39,735 nucleotides of DNA, taken from Candidatus Cloacimonadota bacterium (GTDB lineage: Bacteria > Cloacimonadota > Cloacimonadia > JGIOTU-2). The stretch covers positions 1 to 39,735 of the forward strand of contig JACNJR010000022.1 in assembly GCA_014382495.1 (NCBI GenBank), given 5' to 3'. Below the pieces are notes generated by a model. The model did no database searches, was not told the DNA's origin, and saw only the letters and a program-made list of their open reading frames with translations. Below are positions 36,975 through 39,735 of this stretch, piece by piece. The position numbers were made by a program, and so were the translations under genes. Numbering within the stretch: position 1 is the stretch's first letter; each line of letters opens with the position of its first letter.

Positions 36975-38213
36975 TCATATTTTTCGTTCCTTTAGCAAAT
37001 AAAATTTAGTTAGAGCTTTTAACATCCAGGCTTGTCCCCATCTTATATAGGCAATTTTCGATAAAAAAGGTTTTTTTGTAAATCGACTTTTTAAAAATCC
37101 ATAATAAAAATATCCGGATTTATCCTGTAGATTCTGTATTGTCCAAAGGCCCACATTTTTAGCAATCTTTTTACCTTCTGGAAAAATTTCTGATAATTCA
37201 CTTAAACAATTTATGCTTTCTGCACAAGAATGGATATCAATTCTATATTTTCTATCTGGTAGCAATTTAGGAATTGTATTATCTTCAAAAAAAATATTTA
37301 TATAATGATAATAACATTTTTTCAAACTGATATAAACATCTTTTCTATCGGTAATTTTCCAAATTGAATAAAGCATTCTTAATACAAATCCCGTATGGTA
37401 ATTATCACAAAAATTTCTCAATTTATCAGAAGGACCATTATAATCAAAAGAACCATTTGCATATTGATTTAAAATAGTATAATTAACTGCTTTAATACCT
37501 AATTCAACCCATTCTTTTTTCTTAATTTCATTACCAATTTTAATTAAATATTCTGCTACAAAAAGATTTAAATTATGAACATGATTTCGAGATAACGGTG
37601 TATAACTAAAACAAATCTGTTTATTTGAAATATTGTCAATGGGCAAGGTAACAAGAAATTCACAAATATCTTTGCATATTTCTAAGTATTTTTGATCATT
37701 TGTAAATTGATACCAACCCCAAAAAGCATCACCGGCTGCAGTAGTTACAATACCATTAGGAGTAAATTTTGGTATAAGAACCTTTGTTTGCCAATCAAAG
37801 GGATACCCCCATCCAATCCCTGCTTCCACTTGAGAATTATTCTTTTCTAGCCATTTTAGGAAAAAATCAGATTTATCTAAATATTTTTTCTCCTTAGTCG
37901 ATAAATATAGATCCAGATATCCTTTTGCAAAAAGAGCCATTGCTTTTGCATTGATTGTAGGTTTGATGTTAAAAAGTTTTCTAGAAATATTAGGAAAAGT
38001 ATAGAACAATTCAAATATTATCTCACGCATTATTCCCATTATATAATTCTTATTTCCCAATTTAATGATTTTTTTTACAAAATTGATTTCTTTTATATCA
38101 TAAGGGTCATATCCAACCCATCCGTTTTTTTCTATCCATTGATCCAATTCATTGATAGATGTAAAAAATTTCTTCTTATCTAAGTTCATTTTCAATTTTC
38201 TCATAAAGTTCAA
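36975..38213 (-). CDS. Hypothetical protein, probable (alpha/alpha)6-toroid fold. Possibly a polysaccharide-modifying enzyme (lyase/epimerase/hydrolase-like).
   Basis: I see six recurring helix-pair segments of the type AKAMALFAKGYLDLYLSTKEKKYL, AAGDAFWGWYQFTNDQKYLEICKDI, NLFVAEYLIKIG, YHTGFVLRMLYSIW, HSCAESINCLSEL and IRWGQAWMLKAL, plus a GWGYPFDWQ motif. The start is ambiguous (M1, M4 or M9); all three overlap the upstream GT4 stop. Confidence 0.45.
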   Translation of the reverse strand: MNFMRKLKMNLDKKKFFTSINELDQWIEKNGWVGYDPYDIKEINFVKKIIKLGNKNYIMGIMREIIFELFYTFPNISRKLFNIKPTINAKAMALFAKGYLDLYLSTKEKKYLDKSDFFLKWLEKNNSQVEAGIGWGYPFDWQTKVLIPKFTPNGIVTTAAGDAFWGWYQFTNDQKYLEICKDICEFLVTLPIDNISNKQICFSYTPLSRNHVHNLNLFVAEYLIKIGNEIKKKEWVELGIKAVNYTILNQYANGSFDYNGPSDKLRNFCDNYHTGFVLRMLYSIWKITDRKDVYISLKKCYYHYINIFFEDNTIPKLLPDRKYRIDIHSCAESINCLSELSEIFPEGKKIAKNVGLWTIQNLQDKSGYFYYGFLKSRFTKKPFLSKIAYIRWGQAWMLKALTKFYLLKERKI

Positions 38214-39387
38214 TTAAATTCTTGCTTGTATTTTCCCAATTATATTTTTCTACAACTGCCTTCTTTCCATTTTCACTCATTTCTTTTCTTAACTTTTCAT
38301 TTTTATATAATTTAATTACTTTGTCTGCAAAATCTTTTACATCTCCTGATTTATAAATTAAACCACATTTTGTCTCATTGACAATTCTTTCAATCGGATT
38401 ACAATTAGTTGCAACTACTGGTTTTTCTAATAACATATAATGAAATAATTTATGTGGAATAGTATTGTCAGTATGAACTGTTTTCAAATGTGGAATTAAA
38501 CAAACATTACTTGCTTTAATGTAAGAAGGTAAATTATATGGTGGTTGCCAGCCTTCAAAGGAAATATATTTTTCAACTTTTAGATTTTGGGATAATTTAA
38601 TAAGCTCTTTAAAGTTTTTTCCTTTCCCCACCAAAATCAATTTCGAATCTGGGCATTCTTTTATAACCTCGGGCATTGCCTTAACCACACTTTCAATCCC
38701 ACGATGAATATCAAATCCACCAATATAAGTAATTATAAATTTTGATTTAAATTTATTCAATATTTTATTATTGTCTTTCACTTTTAGAAATTCATCTTGA
38801 TTAACATAATTTGCGACAACGGTAATTTTCTCTTCAGGTATACCGAGCGATTTATATCTTCCAACTGCTTCATCAATAACCGTTATTAAATAATCTGCTT
38901 TATTGCACCATTCGATTTCTTTTCTTTTCCATTTAGGAATTGATATTAAGATATTGCCCGGAAATGAATTAGCAAATCTATAATGCTTTAATCCTTCAAC
39001 ATAATTTTCGTGTAAATCTCCCACTATTTTTATCTTTTTTTTCAACTTTTTCTTAGCAATAAAACCTGCTCCGAGCATATACAAATCGTGGATATGCAAA
39101 ACATTAATATCGTATTCATTCACGAAATTAATAATGTGTTTTGCCCAGAAATATGTATAATAATTAAAAGGTGTATTAATAAGACCTCTACCACGATTTG
39201 CCCATTTCTTCATCTTATATATTCTATTTAAATGTACCCCTTTATAAATTTCTTTTTTAGGTAGAGAATTATCATAATCTAAACATAACAAGAATACTTC
39301 ATAATCATTTTGTATAAGAGCAGTAGCTTCATTCTCAACTCTCATATCTGGAGGAAAATCTAAATCCAAAATCATTCCAATTCTCAT
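38176..39387 (-). CDS. Family 4 (GT-B) glycosyltransferase
   Basis: The C-terminal half, PHKLFHYMLLEKPVVATNCNPIERIVNETKCGLIY, fits the GT4 E-x7-E region. The 403-aa length fits. A 4-nt ATGA-type overlap links it to the upstream ORF. Confidence 0.8.
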   Translation of the reverse strand: MRIGMILDLDFPPDMRVENEATALIQNDYEVFLLCLDYDNSLPKKEIYKGVHLNRIYKMKKWANRGRGLINTPFNYYTYFWAKHIINFVNEYDINVLHIHDLYMLGAGFIAKKKLKKKIKIVGDLHENYVEGLKHYRFANSFPGNILISIPKWKRKEIEWCNKADYLITVIDEAVGRYKSLGIPEEKITVVANYVNQDEFLKVKDNNKILNKFKSKFIITYIGGFDIHRGIESVVKAMPEVIKECPDSKLILVGKGKNFKELIKLSQNLKVEKYISFEGWQPPYNLPSYIKASNVCLIPHLKTVHTDNTIPHKLFHYMLLEKPVVATNCNPIERIVNETKCGLIYKSGDVKDFADKVIKLYKNEKLRKEMSENGKKAVVEKYNWENTSKNLIELYEKIENELR

Positions 39388-39735
39388 AAATTGTTCCCCA
39401 AATCATTAGCTTTTTTCATAAAATATTCCACACTAATGATCTTAAAGAGATGTTCATAATTATTCAATGTTTGAAAATCATTATTTTGAAATTTGTAGAG
39501 AAATTTATTCCATTCATCTTCTTTAATAATTTCTGATAAATACATATTTTTGTAAATTAAGTTCTCCTGAAGATTGCTATTATCAAAAAGTAATTTGTAA
39601 ATTGGCAAATAATCCCATGCTTCTTGTAAATGCGTAGTCGGGTTAAAACCTATCTTTGTTAAAATTTTATTTCTCAATCTTTTTGATTGAAACCAAAAAT
39701 ATCTTATATAAAATGGAATGTAAGTGAAAGTGTTT
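39384..39735 (-). CDS. C-terminal part of a hypothetical protein; the 5' end lies beyond the window
   Basis: The track starts this ORF at a TTG (39677). The same frame stays open to the window edge (..NTFTYIPFYIRYFWFQSKRL RNKIL..), so the gene is truncated by the window. I recognised no motif. Confidence 0.5.
   Translation of the reverse strand, partial: NTFTYIPFYIRYFWFQSKRLRNKILTKIGFNPTTHLQEAWDYLPIYKLLFDNSNLQENLIYKNMYLSEIIKEDEWNKFLYKFQNNDFQTLNNYEHLFKIISVEYFMKKANDLGNNL

Noticed and set aside
1-39735. I looked for tRNA, rRNA, riboswitch-like leaders, transposase/integrase genes, toxin-antitoxin pairs and defence-system hallmarks
   Set aside because: The intergenic spacers are short (mostly under 135 nt) and AT-rich, with no cloverleaf-like or conserved GC-rich structure. 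No ORF shows nuclease, integrase, transposase or reverse-transcriptase motifs that I could recognise.

Overview
This is an AT-rich, almost fully coding bacterial segment. I found no rRNA, tRNA, CRISPR array, transposase or integrase. The gene content (SprA, a PorV/PorQ-type barrel, T9SS C-terminal sorting domains, Shine-Dalgarno use) suggests an FCB-superphylum organism, possibly Cloacimonadota- or Fibrobacterota-like. That taxonomic call is inference only.

The window has three blocks:
(1) 1-11885, minus strand. This is a tightly packed eight-gene block: a CarboxypepD_reg-type TonB-dependent receptor, ExbB, ExbD, ExbD, TonB, a 1009-aa T9SS cargo of unknown function, a PorV/PorQ-like barrel with an acidic Ca-binding-type insertion, and a BNR/dockerin secreted protein. 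The last gene runs off the window and is missing from the supplied ORF track.
(2) 11969-28194. These are housekeeping genes (LplA-like ligase, PfkB kinase, aminotransferase, glyS, dtd, coaX, queH, acyl-CoA dehydrogenase) surrounding a stand-alone 2020-aa sprA.
(3) 28275-39735, minus strand. This is a surface-glycan locus: GT2, YfhO-type GT-C, Wzx-like flippase, acetyltransferase, methyltransferase, bi-domain oxidoreductase, a putative (alpha/alpha)6-toroid protein, GT4 and a truncated gene. Its distal half looks even more AT-rich.

The best candidate for something undescribed is block 1, where a TonB/ExbBD motor and an Oar-like receptor sit in one apparent operon with T9SS cargo and a dedicated PorV-like shuttle. 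The conservative alternative is a SusD-less nutrient-capture locus. All domain calls come from reading motifs by eye; no searches were run.
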